Shown here: positions 18,959 through 29,182 of the stretch, piece after piece
How positions within the stretch are numbered: position 1 is the first letter of the stretch
Layout: each line of letters opens with the position of its first letter
Source: Thermodesulfobacteriota bacterium
GTDB lineage: Bacteria; Desulfobacterota; Binatia; Bin18
DNA length: 64,000 bases
Assembly: GCA_964291405.2 (NCBI GenBank)
Contig: OZ219926.1
Coordinates: forward strand, 2,976,001-3,040,000
Direction of reading: 5' to 3'
Program-made: the position numbers and the translations under genes
The notes under the pieces: model-generated
Told to the model about the DNA's origin: nothing
The model's database searches: none
Seen by the model: only the letters and a program-made list of their open reading frames with translations

Positions 18959-19147
18959 GGCTGTCGAAAGTACCAGGGAATCAATGAGCGGTTTGACGGT
19001 TTCGCCGGTCTGCTGGATAATCTCTTGATTCCTGTCCAGAAATACAGCGTTAGACAATATCCAGGAAGCAATCGCTGCCTGTCTGGAGAGCTTACGAGAT
19101 GAAGGATCACCTCTTCCGGCAGACGTGATAGAATAGGGGGAGGTAGG

Positions 19148-19411
19148 ATGAAGCTTGAGGCCTGTTTTATCGGGATAGCTACCCGGTCACACGGAAAAGT
19201 CCAAGCCGGAGAGGAGTTGGTGAGCGAAATGCTCGTGGAATGTGATGAGCATGGCGGAACACTCCCCGCTCCAGAGGAAACAGTGTTATACCGTATTTGC
19301 AGAGATGATGGGGAGGACGCCTCTCCACTTACGGAAGTGATGACACTTGAAGCGCACCGAGCACTTATCAGGCTTTTGCTGAGAGAAAAGGAAGGCCAAA
19401 ACTGCAAATAA
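19148..19411 (+). CDS. Hypothetical protein, paralog of 17413..17694
   Basis: GGAGG RBS; paralogy visible at DNA and protein level. Confidence 0.55.
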   Translation: MKLEACFIGIATRSHGKVQAGEELVSEMLVECDEHGGTLPAPEETVLYRICRDDGEDASPLTEVMTLEAHRALIRLLLREKEGQNCK

Positions 19412-19626
19412 AGCACCCCGATGGTTCAATAAGTTATTGATTTTATTGAATTCAGGTCTGAGACCCCCCCCTATATAGTTTTTCTTTGTTTGTTAGAGAG
19501 TAACGGTGTTTTATATATGAATATCCTTCCATCAGCCCCTCAGCTTGGATAAATCTCCCTCACTCTGTTGATTAACGCCCGGAAGTATCCGGTAGTGTCC
19601 GGTGAATTACCGGATATTGCCGGACA

Positions 19627-19894
19627 CTAGAGCGTTCCACGATAAGTTGTAGCCACGCTATTCCGCGCTCGTCATGTCGGACCCCGGATCATGTCCGTGG
19701 CAGGCTTTGATCCGGCATCCATGCTTCGACTCCGCCCTTCCGGGCTATGCCCTTCGACGGGGCTCAGGATAGACTCAGCACAAACGGCCTTGCGTTCGCC
19801 CTGAGCGGAGCGAAGTCGAAGGGCCTATCCGGTGGCGGCGAGCCTGCCTGCGCAGGAATGACGGAGGGCTGCACAGCATTGTGATTTGCCCTAG
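19627..19894. mobile_element. MITE-like element bounded by CTAG, carrying CCCTTCGAC/GCTCAG-type REP hairpins
   Basis: Ends CTAGAGCGTTCCAC... and ...GTGATTTGCCCTAG; both ends match, in reverse orientation, the ends of 45949..46226. Confidence 0.65.
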
Positions 19895-20092
19895 GGCGTA
19901 AAACGCTCTCGCCTCGGGATCACACAAACCCTTGTCCGCCCACATGAAACACGGTAGAACTCAGGCCAGGAGCGGCTCGAAGGGAGAGTGTGGAGAGACG
20001 GAGGTTCCTTTTTACGGGGGAAGTATCCCCCGAGTCCCCTCCTCCGTTTTTCTTTTGGGGATAGCGCCGCTCCGGGCAGTGCGAGGCAAGAC

Positions 20093-20827
20093 ATGCGGGT
20101 GACAGTGCTTGGCGCGGGCGATGCGTTCTGTAGCGGGGGGCGGCGCCATAGCGGCTATCTGGTTGAAGCCCCCGGTGCCTGCTTTCTGCTCGATTGCGGC
20201 ACGACCACGCTGCTCGCCCTCAAATCGCTCGGTATTTCAGCGGACCGCATAGACTTTGTGGCCATCAGCCATCTGCACGGCGATCATTTTGGCGGCCTGC
20301 CGTTTCTCTTTCTCGAATATATCTATGAAAAACAGCGCTCCCGGCCCCTCACCATCGTCGGGCCGCCGGGGACCGAAGAGCGGGTGCGCACTCTCCACGC
20401 CACTATGTACCGCGAGTTGTCGCAACGGCCGTGCTGCTTTGATATGCGCTTCCGGGAACTGATGCCGGGCCAGCAGACGGCCCTCTTCGGCGTGCAGTTG
20501 TTTCCCTTCCGTGTGCCGCACCAGGAGCGGGATATTTCGTTTGGCTATCGGGCCGAAACCGCCGGTCGGGCGCTGTTGTATTCGGGCGACTGCGGCTGGA
20601 ACGAGGATTTGATCCGGTATTCGCGCGGGACCGACCTGTTTATCTGTGAGTGTTGCTATTTTCAGACCGAGACCTCATTCCATATCAGCTATCCCAGGAT
20701 CGCCCAGGAGCAGCATCGCCTGGGCTGTAAACGCCTGCTGCTCAGCCATATTGGCCGGGAAGTCCTTGAACGGCAGGGCGAGGTCTCGCTGGAATGCGCC
20801 CATGACGGGATGGTGATCGAGGTCTAG
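20093..20827 (+). CDS. MBL-fold metallo-hydrolase (RNase Z/BN-like)
   Basis: LLDCG, SHLHGDHFGG, YSGD, LSH. Confidence 0.88.
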   Translation: MRVTVLGAGDAFCSGGRRHSGYLVEAPGACFLLDCGTTTLLALKSLGISADRIDFVAISHLHGDHFGGLPFLFLEYIYEKQRSRPLTIVGPPGTEERVRTLHATMYRELSQRPCCFDMRFRELMPGQQTALFGVQLFPFRVPHQERDISFGYRAETAGRALLYSGDCGWNEDLIRYSRGTDLFICECCYFQTETSFHISYPRIAQEQHRLGCKRLLLSHIGREVLERQGEVSLECAHDGMVIEV

Positions 20828-20840
20828 TCAGACCTGATTT

Positions 20841-20941
20841 CTTTTCCTGGGAGGGCGGCCATCCTGGCCGCCATGCAGGCTGGAAGCCCGCACTCCTCAA
20901 GGAGGAGAGAGACGCGCTCCACAGCCGCGTGATTTGCCCTA
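20841..20941. repeat. Partial copy of the MITE/REP family
   Basis: Approximate reverse complement of 45950-46045 (GGAGGGCGGCCATCCTGGCCGC...GGCTGGAAGCCCGCACTCCTCAAGGAG...GTGATTTGCCCTA). Confidence 0.7.
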
Positions 20942-20987
20942 ATACCTTGACGCTATTACTGTTTGCCCCTACACTTTCCCCTTCCTT

Positions 20988-21428
20988 ATGTCGATACGCA
21001 TCCTTGTCTTACACGGCCCGAACCTGAATATGCTGGGTCTGCGTGAGCCCGACATTTACGGGACAACGACCTTGGCCGACGTGAATGACCGGATTGCGGC
21101 CCTGGCTCAGGAGCTTGGCGTCGAGGTCGATACCTTTCAGTCGAATCACGAGGGCCAGTTGGTCGATAAAATCCAGGCCGCCCGCGGCCAGTACACGGCG
21201 CTCATCATCAACGCCGGCGCCTATACCCATACGAGTGTTGCCCTGCTGGACGCGATTTTATCGGCCGAACTCCCGACTATCGAGGTCCACCTCTCGAATC
21301 TGTATAAACGCGAATCATTTCGCCATCACTCCTATATCGCGAGCGCGGCGGTCGGGCAGATCTGCGGCTTTGGCGCGGACAGCTATCTGCTGGGGTTACG
21401 CGCGGCGGTTGCCCTCGCCCGGAGTTGA
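20988..21428 (+). CDS. aroQ: Type II 3-dehydroquinate dehydratase
   Basis: [34 protein letters not shown]. Confidence 0.97.
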   Translation: MSIRILVLHGPNLNMLGLREPDIYGTTTLADVNDRIAALAQELGVEVDTFQSNHEGQLVDKIQAARGQYTALIINAGAYTHTSVALLDAILSAELPTIEVHLSNLYKRESFRHHSYIASAAVGQICGFGADSYLLGLRAAVALARS

Positions 21429-21519
21429 GCCTTCTCTGGGATTTGTCAAAACGATGTCAGGGTAGTGCAGAGCGTGCTATAAAGAGAGTCGTTGGTATGG
21501 CATCGAGTGAAGGACACGT

Positions 21520-21972
21520 ATGGAGATTGACGAAATCCGGAAGCTCATTGAGCTGATGGAAGAAAAAGGGGTCAGCGAGCTGGAGCTCAAACATCGTGCG
21601 GGCGAGGTTCGCCTGGTGCGCGGGGAACCGGCTTCCGTGCCCGCGACCGTCCAGCCGCAGCCGGCCCCACCCCCGGTTTCGCCTCCGGCGGAGGCCGCCA
21701 CCGCGGCCCAGGAACAGGACGGCCTTGACCCCGGCTTGACCATCACCTCGCCTATGGTCGGCACCTTTTATGGTGCGCCCAACCCCGACGCCTCGCCCTT
21801 TGTGGCGGTCGGCGGGATGGTGGAAACCGGCGATGTGGTGTGCATCATCGAAGCCATGAAAATGATGAATGAGATCGAGGCGGAGATTCGCGGGCGGGTG
21901 CGCCGGGTTTTGGTCGAGAACGGCCAGCCGGTCGAATATGGCCAAGCCCTGTTTCTCCTTGAGCCCGTGTAG
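21520..21972 (+). CDS. accB: Acetyl-CoA carboxylase biotin carboxyl carrier protein
   Basis: SPMVGTFY, EAMKMMNEI. Confidence 0.96.
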   Translation: MEIDEIRKLIELMEEKGVSELELKHRAGEVRLVRGEPASVPATVQPQPAPPPVSPPAEAATAAQEQDGLDPGLTITSPMVGTFYGAPNPDASPFVAVGGMVETGDVVCIIEAMKMMNEIEAEIRGRVRRVLVENGQPVEYGQALFLLEPV

Positions 21973-22033
21973 GTGGGTCGTTGAGTCTATTGGGTCTTCA
22001 TGAAAATCCTGCATAATCACAGAAATCCTGGTC

Positions 22034-23422
22034 GTGTTTAAGAAAGTCCTCATTGCCAATCGGGGCGAGATTGCGGTTCGTATCCTGCGGGCCTGCCGGG
22101 CCATGGAGATTGCCACCGTGGCCGTGTACTCGACGGCCGACCGTGACGCCCTGCACGTCCGCCTGGCCGATGAGAGCGTGTGTATCGGGCCGCCGAATCC
22201 GCTCGAAAGCTATCTCAATATTCCCGCGATTGTCAGCGCCGCGCTGGCCTTTGGCGCGGATGCCGTTCATCCCGGCTATGGGTTTCTGTCCGAGAACGGC
22301 GATTTTGCCGAGGCGTGTCAGCGCTCGGGCCTGACCTTTATCGGTCCCCGCGTCCGCAACATCCGTCTGATGGGGGATAAACCGCGCGCGCGGCGGATCA
22401 TGGAGCGTGCCGGCGTGCCGGTTTTATCCGGAACCTCGTCCGGGACCACGGATGTCAAAGAAGCCCAGGCCGTGGCGGCCCAGATCGGCTTTCCCATTCT
22501 GATAAAAGCCGCGGGCGGCGGCGGCGGGCGCGGCCTGCGGGTCGTCCAGAATCCCCACGAACTCTCGACCCTGTTTGCCGTTGCCCGGGAAGAGGGCGAA
22601 AACGCGTTTGGGAACGGGACGCTGTACGTCGAGAAATATCTGGAACGCGCCCGGCATATCGAATTTCAAATCGTGGGCGACCAACACCGCAACGTCATTC
22701 ACCTTGGGGAGCGTGAGTGTTCGATCCAGCGCCGCTATCAGAAACTCATTGAGGAAGCACCCTCGCCGGCCCTGACCAAACGCCTGCGCGAACGGATGGG
22801 CGCCATGGCCGTCAAGGCGGCCCAAGCGGTCGGCTATACCAATGTCGGGACGATTGAATTTTTGCTCGACCCTCAGGGCCACTTCTACTTTATTGAAATG
22901 AATACCCGAGTCCAGGTGGAACACCCGGTGACCGAGATGATGACGGGCATAGACGTGGTTCAGGCCGGCATCCGCTCGGCCGGGGGTGAGCCCTTGCCCT
23001 GGCGTCAGAAGGATATCCGTTTTTCAGGCCACGCCATCGAGTGCCGGGTGGTGGCCGAAGACCCCATCACCATGCTGCCTTCTCCTGGGACGATTCGGAC
23101 CTATCATCCCCCGGGCGGAATGGGTGTCCGGGTGGAAGCCGGCGTGATGGAGAACAGCACGGTTCCCGTTTACTATGACTCTCTGGTGGCAAAAGTCATT
23201 GTGAGCGCCCAGACGCGCGCCGAGGCCGTCCAACGGATGCGCGCCGCCCTGTCGGAATATCGGATTGACGGTATTAAAACGAATATCCCGCTGCACCAAA
23301 GAATTCTGCGCGACCGGGATTTTTTAGCCGGCAAGGTGCACACACGGTATCTGGATACATTTTTGGCCCGCTCGAATAATGGTGCGGCTCGCCCGTCCCA
23401 ACGCACCACCAAGGAGGTGTAG
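22034..23422 (+). CDS. accC: Biotin carboxylase
   Basis: IANRGEIA, HPGYGFLSEN, RECSIQRR, EMNTRVQVEHPVTE. Confidence 0.96.
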   Translation: MFKKVLIANRGEIAVRILRACRAMEIATVAVYSTADRDALHVRLADESVCIGPPNPLESYLNIPAIVSAALAFGADAVHPGYGFLSENGDFAEACQRSGLTFIGPRVRNIRLMGDKPRARRIMERAGVPVLSGTSSGTTDVKEAQAVAAQIGFPILIKAAGGGGGRGLRVVQNPHELSTLFAVAREEGENAFGNGTLYVEKYLERARHIEFQIVGDQHRNVIHLGERECSIQRRYQKLIEEAPSPALTKRLRERMGAMAVKAAQAVGYTNVGTIEFLLDPQGHFYFIEMNTRVQVEHPVTEMMTGIDVVQAGIRSAGGEPLPWRQKDIRFSGHAIECRVVAEDPITMLPSPGTIRTYHPPGGMGVRVEAGVMENSTVPVYYDSLVAKVIVSAQTRAEAVQRMRAALSEYRIDGIKTNIPLHQRILRDRDFLAGKVHTRYLDTFLARSNNGAARPSQRTTKEV

Positions 23423-23424
23423 CC

Positions 23425-24501
23425 ATGCGTTTCGGGACTTCTGCCGCCCTTGTGTTGACTGTTTTCTTCTCTCTTGCCTGTCTCGATGTCGTCCCAGGAG
23501 CGCGCGCCGAGTCTGAGACGCCTCCGAGCGGCGGCACAACCCCCGATACGGTGGCCTTTATCGGTCCTCGGATGCAGGTTGCCGAGCCCGTGTTCGATTT
23601 TGGACAGGTCGAACAGGGGGAACAGGTGACGCATGATTTTCGATTCACCAATCAGGGCAACCGGGATTTGCGGGTGCAGTCCGTCAAAACCTCGTGCGGC
23701 TGTACCGCCGCGGTGATTGCCGCGGATACCATCCCGCCCGGCACGGAGGGCACTATTCAGGCCACGTTTGACACCAAGCGGTTTGCCGGCCAGAAGGCCA
23801 AAGACATCCGCGTCCATACCAACGATCCCCTCAGCCCGGTCACGACCCTGACGCTCCGGGGAGAGATTACCACCGAGATGCAGGTGCAGCCGGCCCAGCT
23901 GTATCTCGGACGGCTCCAGCGCGGCGTCCCGACCACACGCACGGTCACGGTTCTGTACGATGAAAACAAATCCCTGGAAATCACGGACATCACCAATGGC
24001 AATCCCGCCATCAACGTCCGGGCAGAAGATGCCCAGGTCGAGGGCAAAAAGGGTAAGGCGCTTCAGGTGAGTGTTTCCAAAACCGCCCGGCGCGGCCCGC
24101 TCAACGACACCATTACGGTTACCACGACGAGCACGAAAAAGCCGACCATTAGCATTCCGGTTGTGGGGAGTATCGAAGGCGATATCAGTGTCTCGCCGTC
24201 CCAGGTCTCGTTTGGGGTCGTCCGCCAAGGAGTCGGAGAGACCCGGACGGTGCGTATCAAGAACCGCTCCGCTCAGCCCCTCAGCATTGGACAGGTACAG
24301 AGTTCGCTCGCCAGCGTTGTCCCCGAGCTGACCGAGGTCACGCCGGGCAAAGAGTTTGAGCTGCGCTTACATATCACGGGCGACACGGAGCCGGGTCGGA
24401 TACGCGGCAGCATTGAGATCATGACCGACCATCCCGAAGAAACACAGCTCACGATTCCCCTGTTCGGTATTGTCGCTGCCGCGCAGCAGGCCAGCCGCTA
24501 A
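23425..24501 (+). CDS. DUF1573 Ig-like repeat periplasmic protein
   Basis: Signal peptide, FDFG...F.N.G...SCGCT motif, three Ig-like repeats. Confidence 0.85.
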   Translation: MRFGTSAALVLTVFFSLACLDVVPGARAESETPPSGGTTPDTVAFIGPRMQVAEPVFDFGQVEQGEQVTHDFRFTNQGNRDLRVQSVKTSCGCTAAVIAADTIPPGTEGTIQATFDTKRFAGQKAKDIRVHTNDPLSPVTTLTLRGEITTEMQVQPAQLYLGRLQRGVPTTRTVTVLYDENKSLEITDITNGNPAINVRAEDAQVEGKKGKALQVSVSKTARRGPLNDTITVTTTSTKKPTISIPVVGSIEGDISVSPSQVSFGVVRQGVGETRTVRIKNRSAQPLSIGQVQSSLASVVPELTEVTPGKEFELRLHITGDTEPGRIRGSIEIMTDHPEETQLTIPLFGIVAAAQQASR

Positions 24502-24511
24502 CACGTCGTCT

Positions 24512-27500
24512 ATGGATGTAGGTCCGTCGTTCGCTGCCCCCCTCTCGGTTGCCCTTGAGACAACAGCGCGGCTCAGTGCTGCTGCGCCTGCACCCAATGT
24601 CATCCGTCTGGCCGGACTCAAGGGCGCGGCGCCGGCGTTTTTCATAGCCCGTCATCTGCAACACACTCCGCAGCCAACGCTGTGTGTGCTGCCGTCGGAT
24701 AAACAGGCCGAGACCTTCGCCGCCGACCTGCGCTTCTTTATCGGGCAGGACCTTGCCCCGCGGGTCCGTTACTACCCGGCCTGGGACGTGTCGGTGGCCG
24801 ACGGCCTGTCTCCCAACAGTGAGGTCGTCGCCGCACAGATTGAGGGGCTGTACGATGCGCTCTCAGTCGCCACCCCTATTCTCGTCACCTCGGCCCAGGC
24901 CCTGCTGCAAAGGCTCCTGCCCCAGGAAGAGTTCATCACCGCGACCTTCCGGCTGCGCACCGGCGATGAACTCCCGCTGTCCGCGTTCGTTGATTACTGC
25001 CTGCAGTGGGGCTACCGGCGGGTCCCGCTGGTTGAAGAAAAAGGCGAAATCAGTGTCCGCGGGGGGATTGTTGACCTCTTCCCGCCGCTCGCCCGGTACC
25101 CGCTGCGGGTCGAGTTCCTTGGAGACTGCATCGAGACCATGCGCTCGTTTGATCCGGCCTCGCAGCGTTCGCTCGATACCTGCGAGGAGCTCATGGTTTT
25201 ACCCATGCGCTTCTTTTCGGTCGCGCGTCTCCAGGCCGCCTGGCGCACGATTGAAGAGGCGCTGGATGCCGGAGACATTTCTCATCGGGAACAGCAGCGG
25301 ATTATCGAAAATCTCAAGAGCGGGTTGCCTTTCCCTGGGGTCGAGTTCTTCCTGCCGTATCTCTACCCCGATTTAGAGCACGTGTGGGAGTATCTGCCCC
25401 GCGGAACGGTCGTGTGGGCCCTGGACCCGGTTGAACAGGAAAGAGCGGCTGAGACATTTTGGGAACAGCTTGAATCACGAGTGGCCACGGCCCGCGAGGC
25501 TGGCCGGTTTGTCCCGCCTCCCGAGCACTACTACCTGTCGGCGAAACGGGAGTTGGACGGGCGCGCAGCCTTCTTAACCGTCGAGGTGCGTGGCCTGGAG
25601 ACCGTCGGGGCTGACTGTACCGTCACCTCGATGCTGCATCTTGGCCTGAAACCCGGTGCGTCTCCTCCAGGCGCCGAAAAAAGCCTGGCACCCCTTGTCG
25701 CGCGTATCCGGCAGTGGCAGGACGAGCAGCAGCAAATCTATCTGACCGTTTCGAGTCAACGCCAGGCCGACCACCTCCAACATCTCTTGCTTGGCCATGA
25801 GTTGGAACTCCCCATCGAGCCGGCGCGGGTGTGGGACGCGCAGGGAAGAAAGAGTAAACGTCCCCTCCAATCAGACAAAAAAGCTGGGGCGTTTACTCTT
25901 TTAGAGCGCCAGCACCCGCGGACCGCGATTGTGGTGGGGCATTTGTCGCAGGGTTTTACGCTGCCCGCAGACGGGCTGGTCTTCCTGGCTGAAGAAGAGA
26001 TTTTTGGCGAGCGCCGCCACAGACGGCGTTCCCGTCCGCGTCCGGTGGCCGACTATCTGACCGGACTCAGCCAACTGGCTGCCGGCGACTATGTGGTCCA
26101 CACCGACCACGGCATTGCCCGCTATCACGGGCTCCAGCACCTGAGCGTGGCCGATACCACGGGCGACTATCTCTACCTCGAATATGTCGGTGGCGACAAA
26201 CTCTACGTGCCGGTTGAGCGCATCAATCTGGTCCAGAAGTATGCGGGTGCGGATGGAAAAGAACCCAGCCTGGACCGCTTGGGCGGCCAGACCTGGGAGC
26301 GCGTCAAGCGCAAAACCCGGGAAGCCATTCAGGCCATGGCCCGCGAGCTGCTCGAAATTCATGCGGTTCGGGAAAGCGTCGCGCGGCCCGCTCTGGCCAC
26401 CTTCACCGACGACTACGAGGAGTTTGTGGCTCGTTTTCCGTTTGAAGAAACCCGCGGCCAGCGGACCGCCATAGAAGACGTGGAAGCCGATCTGCAAAGC
26501 CCCAAACCCATGGACCGTCTGGTCTGTGGCGATGTGGGCTACGGCAAGACTGAGGTCGCGCTCCGGGCGGCCTATCTGGCGGTTGAAAATGGCAAACAGG
26601 TCGCCGTCCTGGTGCCCACAACGGTGCTCGCCCAACAGCACGCCGAGACCTTCAGCCGCCGCTTCGCCGACTATCCCATCCGGGTCGAGCTGCTCAATCG
26701 ATTCCGCTCGGTCCAGGAAGCCAAGGCCGTGGTCCGCGGCCTGGCCGCCGGAACGGTGGATATCGTCATCGGTACCCACCGTCTCTTACAGCGCGACATT
26801 GTGTTCAGGGAACTCGGCCTGGTCGTCATCGACGAAGAGCATCGGTTCGGGGTGACGCATAAAGAAAAGATCAAACGCCTGCGCCACGAGGTTGATGTCT
26901 TGACGCTGTCGGCTACACCCATCCCGCGTTCGCTCAATATGGGTATGATGGGCCTGCGCGACCTGAGCGTGATTGAAACCCCGCCCGTGGACCGCCAGGC
27001 CATCCGGACCTATGTGGCCCGCTTTGATGAAGACCTCATCCGCTCGGCGGTTCTGCAAGAACTCGCCCGGGGAGGACAGGTCTTTTTTGTCCATAATCGG
27101 GTCGAGAGCATCGAAAAAATGGCCGACCAGTTACGAGCGCTCGTGCCCGAGGCGATCCTGGCGGTTGCCCACGGCCAGATGGGGGAACGCGAGCTGGAAA
27201 TGGTCATGCTGGACTTCATGCACCACCGGGTGAACGTGCTATGCTGCTCAGCTATTATTGAGTCCGGGCTCGATATCCCGACCGCGAACACGATTATTAT
27301 TAACCGGGCGGACCATTTTGGCCTGGCGCAACTGTATCAGCTGCGCGGTCGGGTCGGACGGTCCGCGATGCGCGCCTATGCCTATTTGCTCATCCCGGGG
27401 GAGCACGCCCTGACCCGGGACGCTCAGCGGCGTTTGGAGGTCCTCCAGGAGCTGGACGACCTGGGCGGGGGGTTTCGTTTGGCGGCCCATGATCTGGAGA

Positions 27501-28066
27501 TTCGCGGGGCGGGCAATCTTCTGGGCAAAGAACAGTCCGGCCGCGTCGCGGCGGTCGGCTACGAACTCTACGCCAATATGCTGGAAGAGACGGTCCGCGA
27601 ACTGCGCGGGGGCGAGATTGAGGTGGCGATTGAGCCCGAAATTCATATTGGCCTGCCCGCCTATTTGCCCGAAGTCTACATCCCGGATGTCAATCAGCGT
27701 CTGGTCTTCTACAAAAAACTGGCCAATGTGAAAGCGCGCAGCGACCTGGAAGACTTGGCCTATGAAATGGAAGACCGTTTCGGACCCCTGCCCGAGTTGG
27801 TCCTGGATTTTATCGAAGTCATGGACCTGCGCCGGGTCCTGCGTCACTATCTCGTCACCGCCGTCTACCGCAAGGGCGAACGCGTCACCCTGCACTTCCA
27901 TCCTGACTCGCCCATACAAGGCGAGCGGCTGGTGGCCTTTGTTCAGCACAATGACCGGGGTGCCCAACTCAGCCCGGACTTTCGGGTCTCGTTTTCGCTT
28001 GCGCCCCAGGAAGACGTGATGGAGGCGGTCAAGACTCTCTTGCACGACCTCGACGAATCATGTTAG
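24512..28066 (+). CDS. mfd: Transcription-repair coupling factor
   Basis: RGGIVDLF, GDYVVH..HGI, CGDVGYGKTEVA, DEEHRFG, QLRGRVGRS, DLEIRGAGNLLG. Confidence 0.97.
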   Translation: MDVGPSFAAPLSVALETTARLSAAAPAPNVIRLAGLKGAAPAFFIARHLQHTPQPTLCVLPSDKQAETFAADLRFFIGQDLAPRVRYYPAWDVSVADGLSPNSEVVAAQIEGLYDALSVATPILVTSAQALLQRLLPQEEFITATFRLRTGDELPLSAFVDYCLQWGYRRVPLVEEKGEISVRGGIVDLFPPLARYPLRVEFLGDCIETMRSFDPASQRSLDTCEELMVLPMRFFSVARLQAAWRTIEEALDAGDISHREQQRIIENLKSGLPFPGVEFFLPYLYPDLEHVWEYLPRGTVVWALDPVEQERAAETFWEQLESRVATAREAGRFVPPPEHYYLSAKRELDGRAAFLTVEVRGLETVGADCTVTSMLHLGLKPGASPPGAEKSLAPLVARIRQWQDEQQQIYLTVSSQRQADHLQHLLLGHELELPIEPARVWDAQGRKSKRPLQSDKKAGAFTLLERQHPRTAIVVGHLSQGFTLPADGLVFLAEEEIFGERRHRRRSRPRPVADYLTGLSQLAAGDYVVHTDHGIARYHGLQHLSVADTTGDYLYLEYVGGDKLYVPVERINLVQKYAGADGKEPSLDRLGGQTWERVKRKTREAIQAMARELLEIHAVRESVARPALATFTDDYEEFVARFPFEETRGQRTAIEDVEADLQSPKPMDRLVCGDVGYGKTEVALRAAYLAVENGKQVAVLVPTTVLAQQHAETFSRRFADYPIRVELLNRFRSVQEAKAVVRGLAAGTVDIVIGTHRLLQRDIVFRELGLVVIDEEHRFGVTHKEKIKRLRHEVDVLTLSATPIPRSLNMGMMGLRDLSVIETPPVDRQAIRTYVARFDEDLIRSAVLQELARGGQVFFVHNRVESIEKMADQLRALVPEAILAVAHGQMGERELEMVMLDFMHHRVNVLCCSAIIESGLDIPTANTIIINRADHFGLAQLYQLRGRVGRSAMRAYAYLLIPGEHALTRDAQRRLEVLQELDDLGGGFRLAAHDLEIRGAGNLLGKEQSGRVAAVGYELYANMLEETVRELRGGEIEVAIEPEIHIGLPAYLPEVYIPDVNQRLVFYKKLANVKARSDLEDLAYEMEDRFGPLPELVLDFIEVMDLRRVLRHYLVTAVYRKGERVTLHFHPDSPIQGERLVAFVQHNDRGAQLSPDFRVSFSLAPQEDVMEAVKTLLHDLDESC

Positions 28067-28076
28067 CCGGTGAAGC

Positions 28077-29171
28077 GTGATGAAAAGAATGCAAATCCTG
28101 ATCGGTATGCTGGTCTGTGCCGTGTGGCTGGGGCCGGCCGCAAGCCAGGCTGAGGTCATTAACCGTATTGTGGCGACCGTCGATGGAGCGCCGATTACCT
28201 CATACGAGATGCAGGGCTTCCGGGAAGTGGCGGGCGCGAGTCCGATGGCACCCGCCGGCGGAGCGGCGGGAATGTCGGACGGCGATGTCCTGGACGCGCT
28301 CATCATGCAGAAATTGATCAGAAAAGAAGTGGAAAAGCAGGGCATGAAAGCCAAAAAGGCCGATATTGACGGCTATATTGCGCGCATCCAGGCGCAGAGC
28401 AATCTCAACGATGAAGAATTTGAAGCTGCCCTGGTTGAGCAGGGCATGACCATGGAGGCATACCGCGAACGGGTTGCGACTGAGGTGGAACAGGCGATGT
28501 TAATGAGTCGTGAGATCGGTTCCAGGGTGAATGTCACGCCCGAGGACGTCCAGCGCTACTATGATGAGCATATCGACGAGTACACCCAGCCCGCGCAGGT
28601 GCGTGTCCGTCATATTTTCCGTCCGTTAGCGCCCTCCGCGAGCGAGTCAGAGGAACAGGGAACAGTTGCGCTTGTGCATCAAGTCCGTCAGCGCGCGCTG
28701 GGCGGCGAAAATTTCGGCAATCTGGCAAGTGAGTACTCTCTGGGTCCGGGCGCTGACAGCGGAGGGGACCTCGGCTATTTTGAGCGCGGACAGATGCCCG
28801 AAGGCATCGAACAGGTCGCCTTTTCCCTGGAAAACGGCGATATCAGCCAGCCTTTCCGGACCAATTCCGGGATGCATCTGCTCAAGATCGAGGACAAACG
28901 GAACGCCGGTCTGCAACCCCTGGAGACCGTCTCCGAGGAGATTAAAAACAAGCTGTATAACGAGGCGCTGCGCGATCGCTATGCGCGCTGGTTTAATGAG
29001 GATCTCCGCTTCCGCCACCACGTCGACAACTTCCTCGAAGCGCCGGAAGATTTTGGCTCGGGTATCACGGAGACGAGTGGCGTTTTAGATACCGCGGTGG
29101 AAGAGGTGGCTCCGGACCGTCTGGAGATCGGAAAGAAAAAGGGCCTCCTCGGCTGGATCTGGCCGTTCTAA
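28077..29171 (+). CDS. surA: SurA-like peptidyl-prolyl isomerase/chaperone
   Basis: NRIVATVDG, VRVRHI, GGDLGYF; conserved mfd-surA-pdxA synteny. Confidence 0.85.
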   Translation: MMKRMQILIGMLVCAVWLGPAASQAEVINRIVATVDGAPITSYEMQGFREVAGASPMAPAGGAAGMSDGDVLDALIMQKLIRKEVEKQGMKAKKADIDGYIARIQAQSNLNDEEFEAALVEQGMTMEAYRERVATEVEQAMLMSREIGSRVNVTPEDVQRYYDEHIDEYTQPAQVRVRHIFRPLAPSASESEEQGTVALVHQVRQRALGGENFGNLASEYSLGPGADSGGDLGYFERGQMPEGIEQVAFSLENGDISQPFRTNSGMHLLKIEDKRNAGLQPLETVSEEIKNKLYNEALRDRYARWFNEDLRFRHHVDNFLEAPEDFGSGITETSGVLDTAVEEVAPDRLEIGKKKGLLGWIWPF

Positions 29172-29182
29172 AAAACGCCGTA

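Noticed and set aside
8151-19600. Island as a tRNA-Sec-integrated element
   Set aside because: The island lies on the 5' side of the tRNA, and I found no integrase and no duplicated tRNA 3' end.
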